64,000 nt of DNA, from the NCBI RefSeq assembly GCF_006345805.1, contig NC_043008.1, positions 30,380,001 through 30,444,000 of the forward strand, in the 5' to 3' direction. Shown here in pieces: positions 11,974 through 27,180 of this stretch. Source of the stretch: Octopus sinensis (taxonomy: Eukaryota). The notes under the pieces were generated by a model. That model made no database searches and was not told the origin of the DNA. It saw only the letters and a program-made list of their open reading frames with translations. The stretch's first letter is position 1; each line of letters starts with the position of its first letter. Position numbers and translations under genes: made by a program.

Positions 11974-13154
11974 TTAGCTAATAAGCCACAATTGTGAAGA
12001 CGAACATCAGCAAATGCAGCTCATTCTTCATTATTCTGCTGACTGTCCGATTAGCACCCAGTTACTTGTACCTAGATAGGAAACTATGATAGCCTACATA
12101 TAGAATGCTAATATGTGTTGATTAAGTTTACTCCAGTGCCAAGTTTCAGGATGTAATTAATTTTCAAGTGGATAAAATATTAAATTGCTAACCCAGTTTA
12201 ATTGATTTTTAATTTCGAACAAACTGACGAGTGAACTAATGGGCTGGTACATGGCATTTCAGTAACAGCTATGTATCCGTCAAATTACACACTGTAGTCT
12301 AGAAATTGGTGAGCCATGATGGATGACGGAAGCTTACACTATTAACAAGAGAACGGTGAAATAGTTAGTTCTGGAATAACTCTGAACACAGGTTTGCTCA
12401 GTCGAAGTGTACCTCGACATATACAACAATGATAAAATCAATAGCGAAGCGAATGCGGGAGCCTCAACGTATCACAGGGCGAAATACTAGCTAATTCATT
12501 CATGAATTTCATCCTTCCCTGCTAAATAAAGAAAGACACCGTTGCACATTGAGCAATTTAGTCCTATATACTCATTAGAAATATGGGATGATTAGGTCGG
12601 AGAAGTTTTTTTTTTATGTCTGCTTCACAGGCTTTACGTGAGGCTAAACAAGTGCGACTACAAGGATTTTGTGATGGCTTTGACTGATAGCTTCATCTGC
12701 TTTAGCAATAATTCTTGTATGTATTCCGCATTCTAGGATTATTTCTACCGCTGTTTTATCGTTTCCTATAGAATTTCAAGTTACGTTGTCGAGACTGAGG
12801 ACTTATGCCTGACATATATCATTTACGAAGCTAAATCACAAGTTTTAATCACCATGTTTCTGTCGCTTGTATTAAGTACTATAGTCTATATACGTAAGAG
12901 GAACTGAATTCTATAACAATGGACAAACATAGTATCAAAAGCCAAGATGTACTTAGATTCAACGTGATAGTGATGTTTAGCTAGCAAACAGCAATACATT
13001 TGGTAAGTTATACGCCTGTGGTGTCACTCCAAAATCATTTTCCTAATAATTATAACTATCCGTTATAATTATTGGAATATGAAAACTCCACATGACTACA
13101 ATAACGTAAACACTTTGTTCTACTTTCATTATCGCTTTCTCTCTTTTTCTTTTG

Positions 13155-13230
<76 letters not shown>

Positions 13231-13891
13231 ATTATATATATATATATACATACACACACACATACGCACACACACACACACATATATATATATGGAGAGA
13301 AAGACATACATACGTATATATCTTTATATATAAACATATGTGTATATATAAAGATATATATATATATGCGTGCTTGTGTTCACGCATGCACGCACACACC
13401 CACATATAATATTTGTATGTATGGCTGTGTGTATATATTTAACTCGTGCTCTGAAATAATTAATGTTTTTAAAATCTCATGAGAGGTTTTTGCAGGCCCC
13501 AGAAATCCTATTTTAAACAAATATCGTCTCAAATATTATAAAAGTAGATCTTCTGTAATTAATTGCTTAGATACGCCGAATTGTCAGGCAAGATTTTGCA
13601 ACAAAGCATTAAATAGTGTAAAGGGATTTCACATGGAATGCCTAATGTAATATAGTACTTCTGTAGTCATATCTGTGACGTGCGATTTTGCTGTGCCTTC
13701 AAAATTTCATTTCTCAGTCACGTGAAATATGATAGATGCAACTATACGGAAGTACGTCGAGCAACAACTCGAAGATTCTTGTTCGATGAAACTGGAACAA
13801 AAACAACAGTGCATGCACACATATCTATGAGTTCATGTATGTGTGTGTATGCCTGTGTCTTAATAGATAGATAAATAGATAGATAGATAGG

Positions 13892-13984
<93 letters not shown>

Positions 13985-14376
13985 CAATAAAATTATGCAT
14001 ACGAACATACATTCATACACACATACAGCATGCATAGATACATTGCATAGTCATACAGTATTTAGCTATAAACTACCTGCAAATAAATTTTAGGTATGCC
14101 AGATAGTGAAATCTCTATCTCGATATAGATGCATGTGTATAGTAATGTCTGTATATAGTCCAATACAAGAACAATCAATAAATATAATACATGAAGCGAA
14201 ATATTTTGTGGGCCATATTTGTCGAAGCGCATCGTCAATCACTAATCCTTTGGCCAATAGAAATACTGTGAAGCGGTTATTGAATCATTGGGAAAACTTA
14301 TAACCATAAACACTTATAAAAGATGCATCATAATAAAACGTATCAATTTATACATACATATATCTATTTATATATG

Positions 14377-14407
<31 letters not shown>

Positions 14408-14420
14408 TATATATATAGTG

Positions 14421-14462
<42 letters not shown>

Positions 14463-15149
14463 CATGATAACTCACATTGTCTGAATTAACTACACGTTAG
14501 TAATGTAATTCGGTTGTTAGGACGGAATATGAATAACTATCAAATCCATGCCATACTACCTCTAAATGAGTGTTAGTCAGTATTCTGTGAATATAAACCA
14601 ACAATGGCATGAATCCAATGATATACCTTGCAGTCGAATCATATTAAAAAAGCCAATGCTTTAGTATTAAAAACGTATGAATGTCACAATAAAATGACTA
14701 CTGTTATGATTCTCAGCAAACAATAAAATGTTCATAGGTCAGAAGGAAATATTAAAGAAGATTTTAATTCAAGAATTACCACTCGAGCAGTGACATTTAT
14801 CACAATGGTTTTGTTTCCAATAGATTTTGTAACTGACTATTTTCTGGAGATTAGCTTTCTTTTTGCTTGATAAATGTTACTTGTCATATGACTCTGCTTT
14901 CCTTTGCTTTCTTTAACACTTTCACTGCATGACATGTTTAGACATTCTTTTGATTTGATACGTAGCTACAGGTGATATATTGGAAGGTTTCGCCGAAAGT
15001 AGTGCAAGCGTGGACATTCTGAACATAATGTTTTCAATGGCTAACAGGGGTCGCTCGGATAGTAGAATCAATATTTCTTTTAGAGTCAATCATTTTTTGT
15101 AGAGTGAATATTTCTCTACATGAACTCTCTTCATGTAAATGTTCTTTGT

Positions 15150-15560
15150 TTTAAGCGAATAGTTCCATCCAAACAGAAACAAAGTGCCATCAATGATTTC
15201 TTGACTAAGGAAGAGTTAAGTCTGTGAAACATCTGCAGATGTACAGAAATAATACTGTTAACGACAGAGGAAGCCAATTCTGAAGAGAAACTACACATTG
15301 GGCTACTATCGATTGCCATATGTGACACGAATCGCCAGCGAGTGAGGCAAATGATTCCCGATAACAGATTGATCACAATTCGCAAGGCTGCTGCACAGCT
15401 GGACTCTGGTCGCATTACATCGCTACCGAAATGTGTGTACAAAAGGCACACAGCAGCAGCTAGCACTCGATTAGGAGGAGGGAGTTGTGGAAATCTGACT
15501 GAAGTTCGATGCAACGTTACATTAGACACATTCTTTATAATGGTATCTATGCTAAGAAGT
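15150..15560 (+). mobile_element. Mariner-type transposase remnant (internally deleted)
   Basis: Remnant translation NRQRVRQMIPDNRLITIRKAAAQL resembles the mariner HTH segment (V..LI..DRRITIREIA..L); upstream KQSAINDFL also fits. Confidence 0.55.
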
Positions 15561-16132
15561 ACGTATATATAGAAGTCTTATTCTATCAATATGTGCAATT
15601 CGAACGACCTATGACAATTAATTAAACATATATGAACTTGTGCAAGCCTTCTGTAAAATCCAATATATGTATATACACACATACAGATATACACACGCAG
15701 ACCGACCCGCACACACACAGACTCACACACATACGCACGTACGTGCACATACACATGCACAGACACACAAACATGCACACACAATCATACACACACATAT
15801 ATATTATGACTATTATAGTCTTTCAGCTAATTGGTATAAGTTATTCAGATATTTCCCTCGTTTTTATTTCAGTTTTCTCTTATATGCCTAGGTTATGCAT
15901 TTTATCTTTTCCCTATTCCCCAATCAACTTCATGTATTTTTTCTAACCTCGCCCATGAGTTTCCACATATGTCACCATCGTCTTACAATGCCTTATGTAC
16001 TCATGTTAATTTGTGTAACATTGTGCATTAATACACGTAAATCTTATTCCTTGAACAACATCGCATCTTTTTGCTCATGCTCAGTATTATTTTAATATAT
16101 TGTAGATGTTGTTGATAAATACTCCATTTCGG

Positions 16133-16172
<40 letters not shown>

Positions 16173-16195
16173 ATACGGATAATTCGGTTATTTCG

Positions 16196-16496
16196 ACGAG
16201 AGTTCAATTCGATCCAATCAACGGAACAACCTGCTCGTGAAATTAACGTGCAAGTCTCTGAGCACTTCTCAGACAGTCTACCCTTAACATATTTCTTAGG
16301 GCGATTCAGCCTGACACAGAATGTGACAATGCTGGTCCTTTGAATTACAGGTTCTACTTATTTTTGTCAGCTGAGTGAACCGGATTAACGTAAAATAAAG
16401 TGTCTTGCTCAAAGCCACTACGCGCTGCCGGATTTCAAAATCGTGTCCGTCGATCCTGAGCCGAATACCCTAACCACTAAGTCACACATCTTCACA
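16196..16496 (-). mobile_element. tRNA-derived SINE, family C (CORE-like)
   Basis: Minus-strand head GTGACTTAGTGGTTAGGGTATTCGGCTC followed by CORE-like TTTGAGCAAGACACTTTA. Confidence 0.75.
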
Positions 16497-17754
16497 ATGG
16501 TCTCTATAAAAGAACTAGAAAAGAACGTGATTTTGTAATCTATTGTAGTTGAGATTTTAGAAAGGGAAAGAAATTTATTAGCTGAGTTATTTGATCAATA
16601 TTAATTTCCCTAGAATAATCCGAAATTCTTATATCATAATATGTGATTAACAAGTATGTTGTGACCTATTAGATTTTATGGTTGAAAAAGAATTGGACGG
16701 GAAATTGAAGTGATGTAGCAGATAAAAAGATTCTACTGCATGCTTGATTCACTTGCAAAATATAACAGTGAAATAACATCCAAATCATGATGTACCGTGT
16801 CAGGGGATGACGATTCTAAATGTGCTATGTTTTGAACAAAAACAGATGATCATATTTAGGAGAAATCTTGTCGTCCTCTTCTTCAGCCTTGTTTTATTCT
16901 TATTACAAACTAACCATAAAACCATGTAGCAGAATATTTTTGCCGAGATCGTGTCTTCCCTCGGAAGAATTTAAACAGTATTTCTCGTAGCAATTTGCTA
17001 TTCAAATTTTGACGAGAACTTATAGGAGAGCATTAGAGTATTCTCGTCATGTGCATTATTAGGGTTTGAACAAGTGATGCCAAAATACCAACTACTGAAA
17101 CTCAACATACAGGAAATTAAATCACGAAGAAGGATGTCAATGTCATTAAGACAAAAGAAACAACAAATACTTCGCTCTTGTTCACACATAGCAATTGCAG
17201 CACATTGTATTGCTATGATGATGTAAATTAAGAGGAGGATCTAAATCCCCCACGAAGAATTAACATAATGCCAAAAGTTACTGAAGTAGTAATTGAATGC
17301 AAGATTTTACAATACTTAATAAAAGTATCATGGACTTGCAGCAGATTTATAAAGAAGCATGCGTTGCTTTATTGATCTTAATTCTATTGTAATTCATATG
17401 AACGAAACAATTAAGAAGCAGGCTGTAAAATATTTCTGTGCAAAATAAAGCATTTAAATCAATTGAAAAGTAGCTTTGACAATCGTCATTCCCAGCTGAT
17501 TGAAAACAATATTTCAATGGTAAAATTGCAGATTGAATACATTTTTAGGTATTGATTTTTGACATCGGCAAAAAGACAATAATATTTAATGTAGAGTCAG
17601 TGCAATCGCTTATATATTATTACTGGTACATAATGAAAGCGCGCGTGCTACTAGAAAGAGTAAGCAAATCTCCCTTGAAGCATACCTGCTGCCGTAATGC
17701 CAGTCAGATTAGATAATGCAGTCAAAGCGGTAAAATAATAATCATAACGGTTTC

Positions 17755-20700
17755 AATGTTGGGAACAAAGGCATCAATTTAGGGAAAGGGTCTAAGTCGA
17801 TTTCATCAACCCCAGTGTTCGACTCTTACTTATTATTTCGACCACGAAAGGATGAAAGACAAATTCGACCTTATCAGGATTTGAACTCAGAACAACAACG
17901 ACGACAGTAACAACAACAATAGCAATAATAGTAATGATTGACTCTCTTGTCCAAGATGACGGATGAATGTTCAGCTTTTCGACGTGAACAAATGATTTGT
18001 TTATAGTAATCAAATGTATATGCTGTACATTATTTCCTTCCCTCCATCAAATCGAGGTTGCCCGAAAAGATGGACGGTGAACCACGCATCATGTGTTGAA
18101 CTGATCGCAGAGCAACGTGTGATGAAATGTTTTGCTGTAGAACACAACGCACTACCCGGGACAAGCGGGGCTTAGCAACAAATATGTGTATAAAATAAAA
18201 CAAGAACAATTAACAACAAAGATTTAACAAACATTTCCCACAAAGGAACAACAAAGGAACCCTACACAACGTGGTCACCCCGATCGCAAAACGCACCTCG
18301 GCAGGTGCCTCACTCCTTCTCGAGTGTTCTGGCTTACACGCGTATGTTCAGAGTAGACCCATTGACACGCGCCTTACTCGCCACATCCACCGAGCAAAAG
18401 TACTGGCGGATTAAAGTTTCTTCCAACCCCACAGAGGTGGTAATAACTCTCGCCACAACATAGAGCTTGCCCATACTCGACGAAAAATATTCTCTATATA
18501 AATCCATCACAATTTTCCTTACATATCAAAAGCACGTTTGCTAAAATAATACTTCTAACAAACCGAAGGTGCTCAATTTAAACACAAATATGTCTCACCT
18601 AACCACATTCCTTCCCCAAATCATGGCAGTTATCAAGCATCCTACTCATAATAACCACCTTAACTTATAACCTGCAGTCTCTTGAGGTTGCTCGTATAAA
18701 CACAAAGCAAAATCCAAACACGGTCATCATAGGATAGAAATTGTGAGCTCGACGCTAACTAACCATAGACCTAAAATGTGGGTGGAGGGGCTAGCTAATA
18801 TCATAGAACCAGGTACATTCAGTGGTACTTATTTTATCAATCCCATCTTATTTTATCACCCTTCCTCGGTGTGTAAAGTTGTACGAAATGACGCTAAGCA
18901 TTTTGTCCACCGTGCTAATGATTCTACCAACTCCTCACCTTCTACTTCTACTACTACTACTTCCAATAATAATAATGATAATAATAATCATTTCTACTAT
19001 AGACACAATCGCTGACATTTGAGAGGAGGGGGTAAGTCGATTACATCTAAACAGCTAAGTTTTATATGGTTCAAATATAATGCGAAGTTGGCGGACCTCT
19101 TCCGGTGTCTATGATTTGAGCATACTATGGATCATCTTAAGCAACTGTTTGCCGAGTGAGCAGTACAAAATTAGCACTTTCCGTTCTAAACCTACAATAC
19201 TTTTATTCTACGCGGACCAACACACACCAACGAAAAACTGATATATGTATGAGTGTGTACGTGTGTATGTATTGTATTATATGAATAGGTACACAGAATC
19301 AAACAAGATGTGATAGTGTAGCAAGAGATACGACCAAACACTACGCCTGTATAGTCGCCTTACATTGGACTGTTGCAGCTCAATGGTCCTTCCTATAATC
19401 CATTCGTAGAATGGAAAAGAGGGACAAAATTAGTGTGCATCACACTTTATTGAGATTTTATCACAAATTATTACGGTCTTCAACTTCCAACGCAGATAAT
19501 GTCAATATAATTTCAATTATTATGTGCTTTAATGCACTGATCGGGTAGAATCATTAGAGCGTCGGAAAAAAAGAGGATCTGCGGTTTTTTTCCAATTCTT
19601 TACATTCTGAGGCCAAACCTCCCGAGGTTAACGCTGCCTTTCATCCTATCCAGTCCGATTAAAAGGAAAGTAATCATCAAGTACCGGAATCGATTGTATC
19701 GATTAATCCCCTGCTCTTAAGAGTGCTAGCTTTGTACTTAAATTAGAAGGCATTATTAAGAGGGTTGTGAAATAGAATGAAATGTTTGCCATAAATAAGG
19801 CATTCTAGATAATGAATTTGGTTAATGGTTAGTGACGTTCGTAGTGATGTTATAAGGTTCTGCTGTTATTTATTTAATTTGACAATGGAATGATGAAATT
19901 CCATCTTCAATTTAAAGATTTGAACATAATTGAAAGATTATATGTTTAGAACATTTTATTTTTTTCAGATGTTCTAATCGCTGATATTCTTACTTTTAAA
20001 ATCTCTTAATTTTATTGTCACCACTAAAGAATCTTTCTACCATAGGCACAAGAGCTGAAATTCTGTGGGTTGGGAGTTAGTCTGTTACATCGACCCCAGT
20101 ATCCAGCTGATACTCATTTTATTGAATCTGAAGGAATGAAAGTCAAAGTCGAGTTCGACGGTATTTGGACTCACAACATAAAGCCAGAACAGAAAACGGT
20201 AAGCATTGTGTATAGTGTGCTACTGATTCTGCCTGCCCACCGCCTAAATTGATCTCCCACACTAAATAATGATTTCAAATTTTAGCATATTGCCAGCAAT
20301 CGAGAGGAAGGGGGCACGTCGATTACGTTGAACCCAGTACTCAACTGGTACTTATTTTATGGCAATGTTGACCTCGGAAGAATTTGAACACAGAATGGGA
20401 AGACAGATAAAATGCCGCTAAGCATTTTGTCCGTCGTGGTATGGCAATGATTCTGCAAACTCACCACCTTGTCCTTCCTTCTCGAATAATGGAAGGCTAA
20501 AATAACTGCTACGTTTTTGATCGGGTTTCTGGAGATTTTTCCATGTTCTGTCGTGTGAATATGTAATGCCACCCAGGATTTACGGCTAATTTGTTTGCTT
20601 CCAATATATGTGTATAAAAGAACCCGTGGCTATTGATTTATTATACCGAATACAGAATAATAAGAGGCAATGAACAACCAGGCAGAATTTGAAATCAGTA

Positions 20701-21930
20701 CGTAAAGAGATTTAAGTAAACACTAGTTTCAAATTTTGGGCCAAGGGACGCAATTTTCGGGAAGGAGAGAAAGATAAATTTGACCACGGCGGTGTTTGAA
20801 CTCAGAACATAGCCAGAAAAAAACGTCGCTAATCATTTTGCCCAGTACTGAAGATCTTTAACAAGTTCAGAAATTTTGAGGGAGGTGGTAAATTGATTTC
20901 TTTGACTCTAGTGCTCAATTTGTACTTCTTTTATCGACACCGAAAGGATGAAAAAAAAGTCAATCACGACGGAATTTGAACTCCGAACGTAAAGACGGAA
21001 GAAACGACTCTGCCATTTCTCCACCTTGGCACTGAATATATTATTGATTTTAAATTTCGATGCAAGGCCAGCAATTTGGCAGGACGGGGTAAGTCGATTA
21101 CGGTGCTCGACTGGTACTTATTTTATTGACCTTCGGATGATGAACAGGAAAATCGAAATCGTCCACGGAGGCATTTGAACTCAGGACACAAAGACGGACA
21201 AAATGCCAGTAAGCATTTTCCCGGCTCGGTAACAATTTTGCCATCTTGCTCCATTGGAGTCAGCTTGCTACAGTGGGATTGCATCTACCCCAAACCTTAT
21301 TTTATCCACCCCGAAAGGATAGAAGACAATGTCGACTTTGGCGGAATTTGAACTCAGGACAACTACAACAACAACAATAGCTACAATAATGGACAGCTCG
21401 CCACTTTTTCAGACCCAGATGTTAACAAAATTAACAGCTACGTCTTGTGCCTAGCTTCTGCAGGTTCATGCCCACTCTGTCCTTTAAATATAAAATACCA
21501 ACCATAGGAAGTACTAAAATTTGGTTTGATATATTTGGTGAATAAAATACACTCAGCCCCTTGACTGTATGTATTTCATCAAACATACAATGTTCGGAAT
21601 CTAAGAAAAAGCTGGCGTAATTTGAACTTTCTCCGTAAGCAGCACTGACTATATTTCGATTTCAAGGCGAGTAACTTTGGATAAGGGACGTGAGAACGAT
21701 TCTCTCAATTCACCGTCTTCACTAACTAAATATTGATTTGAAATTTTGGCACAAAGCCAGCAGTTTCGAGGATGGGGAAAAGTCAATTACATTGACGCCA
21801 CTGTTCAGCTGGAATTTATTTTATTGACCCCGAAAGGATGAAAGTTAACCTCGGTGGAATTTGAATTCAGAACATGAAGAGAGACAAAAGGCTGCAAAGC
21901 ATTTTACAAGGCGTGCTAACGATTCTGCAA
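17755..21930 (-). mobile_element. Cluster of about ten degenerate family-A SINE copies, mostly minus strand
   Basis: Core CCCGAAAGGATGAAA..GTCGAC..GGAATTTGAACTCAG and variants at ~17845, 18830, 20120, 20370, 20790, 20940, 21130, 21310 and 21830; one plus-strand copy at ~19545-19750. Confidence 0.85.
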
Positions 21931-22438
21931 AAATTCTTATTAATTATCGCATTGAATTTTAACTAGTTTTCTACAAATACAGTCAAAAGCCTACAATTAT
22001 GTAGGTAAATAATTAATTCAAAATGGGAAAACAGGTGACAGATTTTCAAAAACTATATATTGTCTGTTGTAGGATATTAAGTTACTCATTACGTTATTGG
22101 CGTTGTATGTATATACAACTTATACAGATTTAAGGCTATCGTAACTCATAATACATATGTGTGGAGCCGTTTAGCGGCGCAATATCTCTTCTCACTTGAA
22201 CTTTGATGTGATTCTCAAGAGAAAATATATATCCATAAGAGCAAATAATATCGTCTGATGTTCAGTCGATATATCAGACACACACGTTAAAATAGACATT
22301 CAGACATTTATGTATCTTAAGTCAATTTAAGCATACGCATTTGTATATAAGGGTAAACGTGTGTTTCTGCACAAATGCGTACATACATGTATGTATAGAT
22401 ATGTATAAATGTATGTATGTATATATATATATATATAT

Positions 22439-22482
<44 letters not shown>

Positions 22483-23275
22483 TTATACATATATTCCAAC
22501 ACATACGTGTACACACAGGCATAGAAACACACGTATGTACATATATGCATAATGTCTACCTTCATCGCCAGCCAGTGTACCACATGTGTAGGTTAGAAAT
22601 TTTGTCTTGAAAGCACCATTATGAGAAAATCGTTAAATAACACATACGCGGATTCATTGTTTACTTTATTTTGTTTTGATAACCCATGCAGTGATATCTA
22701 ATTAACTATCTACTTACGAATTTTGGCATATGTACTTATTATATGTTGTATATAATCAAAATGTGTATAGACTCATACATATGCCTACATTCATATCTAC
22801 GAATATGTTCGTGTGTATGTATGCGTGCGTGTGTGTGCGTGTCTACCTCAACATATAGTGGTATATGTATGAACTAGGATGTACATATAATGATGCATAC
22901 TATATACATAGTTATATAAACATATGCTTATATATTTACATCAATATATATGCACATATTTACCTATGTGTGTGTATGTATATATATATACATATCTGTA
23001 TGCAAATATATATATATATGTATGCGGATATGTATACCTATGTATATATGTATATATATATATATATATAAGTATACATACATATATATATATATGTGTA
23101 TAAATATAGGTATATATGTGAATGTATAGATAGATAGATAGATATATATAGATAGATAGATAGATATATACTAGTACATAGGTGCGTATATGTGTACATA
23201 AAACATATTACACTATCTTATCTACTTACGCATGTAAGTATGTATCTATATATGCCTATATACATGTATTTATAT

Positions 23276-23320
<45 letters not shown>

Positions 23321-23321
23321 G

Positions 23322-23358
23322 ATAAATATGTACATATATGTATATACATAATATACAT

Positions 23359-23389
<31 letters not shown>

Positions 23390-23425
23390 TATAAATATGT
23401 ACATATATGTATATACATAATATAC

Positions 23426-23468
<43 letters not shown>

Positions 23469-23530
23469 TATAAATATGTACATATATGTATATACATAAT
23501 ATACATATATAAATATATATATATATGTAT
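23322..23530. repeat. AT-rich minisatellite, 3 copies of a ~70-80 bp unit
   Basis: ATAAATATGTACATATATGTATATACATAATATACATATATAAAT(AT)n recurs at ~23322, 23391 and 23470. Confidence 0.85.
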
Positions 23531-23547
23531 AAATATATAGATGTATA

Positions 23548-23594
<47 letters not shown>

Positions 23595-23656
23595 TATATA
23601 TATCAATATATATATATATATATATATTTTAGATATATATATCAATATATATATAT

Positions 23657-23714
<58 letters not shown>

Positions 23715-25385
23715 CATATATATATAAAGACAAAGAGGCAGGAGAGACATACTTGCTTATCTGAAGTGTATTCGTACACTCGTTGGATTGCGGGAGACAT
23801 TAATCAATACAAAAATATAAAAGAAAAGAATTAGCAGCAGTACTGCAGTATGATTTTCTATATATATTCGTCAATGTGTATGCGTGTGTCCGCGTGTGTC
23901 TGTGTGTTTGTGAGTGTAAACACAGATAGGTATATATATATATAAATATATATATATATGTATATATATATGTGTGTGTGTGTGTGTATGTATATAGACT
24001 CTTATTTGTGCATATATATATATGCACTGTTATTTATCTGACTGGTTTCATTTCAATGCTCGTCTCTACGTATCTCATACATATGTTTCTGCATATATTT
24101 CTATACTTGTATAGTCCTATAACTTGTATTTCTCATAAGAAATACGTAGTGTGATTACACCATATTCATATACATGTCTGTAGCTATATATTCAAATTAT
24201 ATATCTGTGTGCATCTGTGTGTGTGAGGGTTGTGTATGTGTGTGTGTCCATGTGTGCATGCGTGTGGTATAGTCTGTGTACATAGACTTAGTTGGCAGGT
24301 TTGCAAGATTTGGATATATCTGATGCGTTCTCTCTAACATAAGTAAATAATTCATGAAAAATATGTACGGCTGCGCATCAGTGGCTGTGTTGTTTTCACT
24401 CTATTTGTCCATCTAACTATCTCCGTCTGCTCTTTTATACACAGACACACTCACAGATACACGAGAATATAATACTTGACACACATATATACTTATATAG
24501 GAGCATATATGTATATATATATACGCACACACACACTCACACACATACATGCACATACACACAAACACACACATATATATATCCAAACATATGTGTATAC
24601 ATGCATATGTATATACACTCACACATAAAATTATATAGCAATGACCGCAGAGGCTTGACTAAAACGAGTAAAAGAATATATATATATATTTCGTTTATTT
24701 ATATGGTTTGCAAGATTCTTTATGCGAATTTGTGTGTTGAAGCATATTTTATTGTGTCTGGGGTGAGCCATTCTGTTTTTATAACTTATTAATTAACACA
24801 TTCACAGGTTCGATTTCTCCTCTGTTAATTATATATTTTTGACACACTCAGTATGATGAAAGAAGAAGAGATGGGTGCCGATTGTACTTGAAAGTAAGTA
24901 GTACGAAAGCAACAACGTTTTAAGAGTACATGTTGCCGTGGTGGGATAAAAAGGGAGAAATCAGAAATAGAGGCACAGTGATTGTAGATAACACAAATTA
25001 TGGTTGAAGAGACGAAATACTTTTGTATTTAACACAAGGGCGTAGATATTGAGGCATAACTGAGAGTGTAAGGGGATTCAGACTGAATATACTAAGTATG
25101 CACACAGAAACACAATTACACTTAGATATGTATGTGTGTGTATGTATTCTTGCATGTGTGTGTATATGCTTGTGTGTGTTAGCGCGTATGTGCGTTTGTG
25201 TGCATACAAATACAGATTAATATAGCTATGTATAAGTATATACATATGAATTTAAATCTGCATATACTTATGCACATAGGTTATTCGGGATAAAATTGAC
25301 AGAAAATGAAATCATATGAACCCATTCGAAAGTTAAATTTAAAATAAAAAATCGGCTTGACTATGGCTATATGTATTCATAAAAT

Positions 25386-25440
<55 letters not shown>

Positions 25441-25707
25441 ATATATATACAGATAGATAGATAGATAGATAAATTATAAAGGATGGGAATGATGGTGATG
25501 GTGGTGGGGGTGAGTGTAGTTTGATGTAGATTATGGTGGTGTCGGTTACGGCGGCGGCGGTGGAGGCGAATTGTAGGGGTAGCTGGTGGAAAATATAAGT
25601 ATAAAAATCACCGGAAAACGGGAAAAGTAAATTTGTAAAACCTATATACACACACACACACACACATACACACACACACACACACATACACACACACACA
25701 CACACAT

Positions 25708-25740
<33 letters not shown>

Positions 25741-25889
25741 CAAAGAGCAATAAAGATTCAAGTTAATTTAAAAAATTTACTTGAATATGGTACCTAACTT
25801 AGATGCACCAAAAAAAAACTATACTGATTTAACAATACAGTAATGTGGGGTGATTATAAGCGAGAAAGAAGCAACAAGAATGGATAGGT

Positions 25890-25980
25890 TTTTAGTACGA
25901 TCGTTTCATACAAGGACAGGTTTTATTAAAAGTTGCAAAGATTACAGCATATAAACGAGTCCCGTACTCATCAGCTAAAA
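25890..25980 (-). ncRNA. Type I hammerhead ribozyme (inverted copy)
   Basis: Exact reverse complement of 27090-27180. Confidence 0.8.
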
Positions 25981-27089
25981 TACATGTAAGTTCTCTAGAC
26001 ATCCTAGTGTTTGAGGCTATACTATGATAGACAATCCCCTAACACCTTGTAAATGATCTTATAAGATTTGACCTGTAGTCAGTCAATGTATGAATAATAA
26101 CGACAACTCCTTAAGACAATAAAATGAATAAATTAAATAAGTAAATTTTTAATGACTTTTTGATAAGATTATACTTAGATTTTCCTAATGTATTTTCTGG
26201 TGATTTTAGCATCTGACCCCTTAACCCCTGACTGTGTTATCTCTTTAGATTCTCTTTAAACTCATAGCTGATTTCAACAGCAATAAATTAACGGTTTACT
26301 GGTCAAAGAATAATATTCTCCTCTAGTCCTAGATGCCTGTTGATTAAAACCAGACTTACAGTCTACTAACTCTTCTGTATAGCTAGAACCCTCTTTTTTC
26401 TTTTTCTTTTTTTCCCTTCTTTCCCTATTTCTTTCTCTTCTCTTTTTTCTTTTTCTTCTTCTTATTCTCTGTTTCCTTTTCTCTTCTCTTTTAGTCCCCC
26501 TCTCCCCCCCCCTTTTTTGCTCCCTCCTCCATTATTTTCTCTCTTTTCTTCTATTCCCTTCTCTATTCTTGGCCGATCTAGTAAGCCCTTCAGCCTTTAA
26601 GAGTAAATAGCTACAGCCTCTTGTGAATAGCAGTAATGTGACTAATGTGGCAAACACCTAATCATATAACAAGGATTGATACCTACCTCATTGTGTTCAA
26701 CCATTGTAAAATTTATCGCCTGTAAATATGAAATTCATCTCCATTTCTCTGGAAATTTACATCTACACCATTGGAATCTGTGCATATATACAAAGGATTA
26801 ATTCACCCTCTCTGTAATGCTAATAAGCAGGAATTGAGACCCACCTCGTTGTAATTAACAATGGATAAATTTGTCTTCTGTGAGTATATAATCCCTCATC
26901 ATATCTATGGAAATTCATATGGATTAGGTCACCTTCTCTGTGATGCTATCAAAACTTTTTTAAAATTCTGTGATAAGACTGTACATCATCTTTAAAGAAC
27001 TTTAATGAACTTTAGAAATCTGTTTAATTATCTACATTACTTCATGAGTATAGCCTCAAACACTAGGATGTCTAGAGAACTTACATGTA

Positions 27090-27180
27090 TTTTAGCTGAT
27101 GAGTACGGGACTCGTTTATATGCTGTAATCTTTGCAACTTTTAATAAAACCTGTCCTTGTATGAAACGATCGTACTAAAA
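27090..27180 (+). ncRNA. Type I hammerhead ribozyme
   Basis: Stem I TTTTAG/CTAAAA; core CTGATGA (27096-27102); stem II GTACGGGAC/GTCCTTGTAT (one bulge, G.U closing pair); GAAA (27163); stem III within the palindrome ACGATCGT; predicted GUA cleavage after 27174. Confidence 0.8.

Noticed and set aside
18165-18410. Possible L1/Tx1-like LINE 3' end on the minus strand
   Set aside because: Only a short, weakly suggestive peptide and a T-rich tail; not enough to call.
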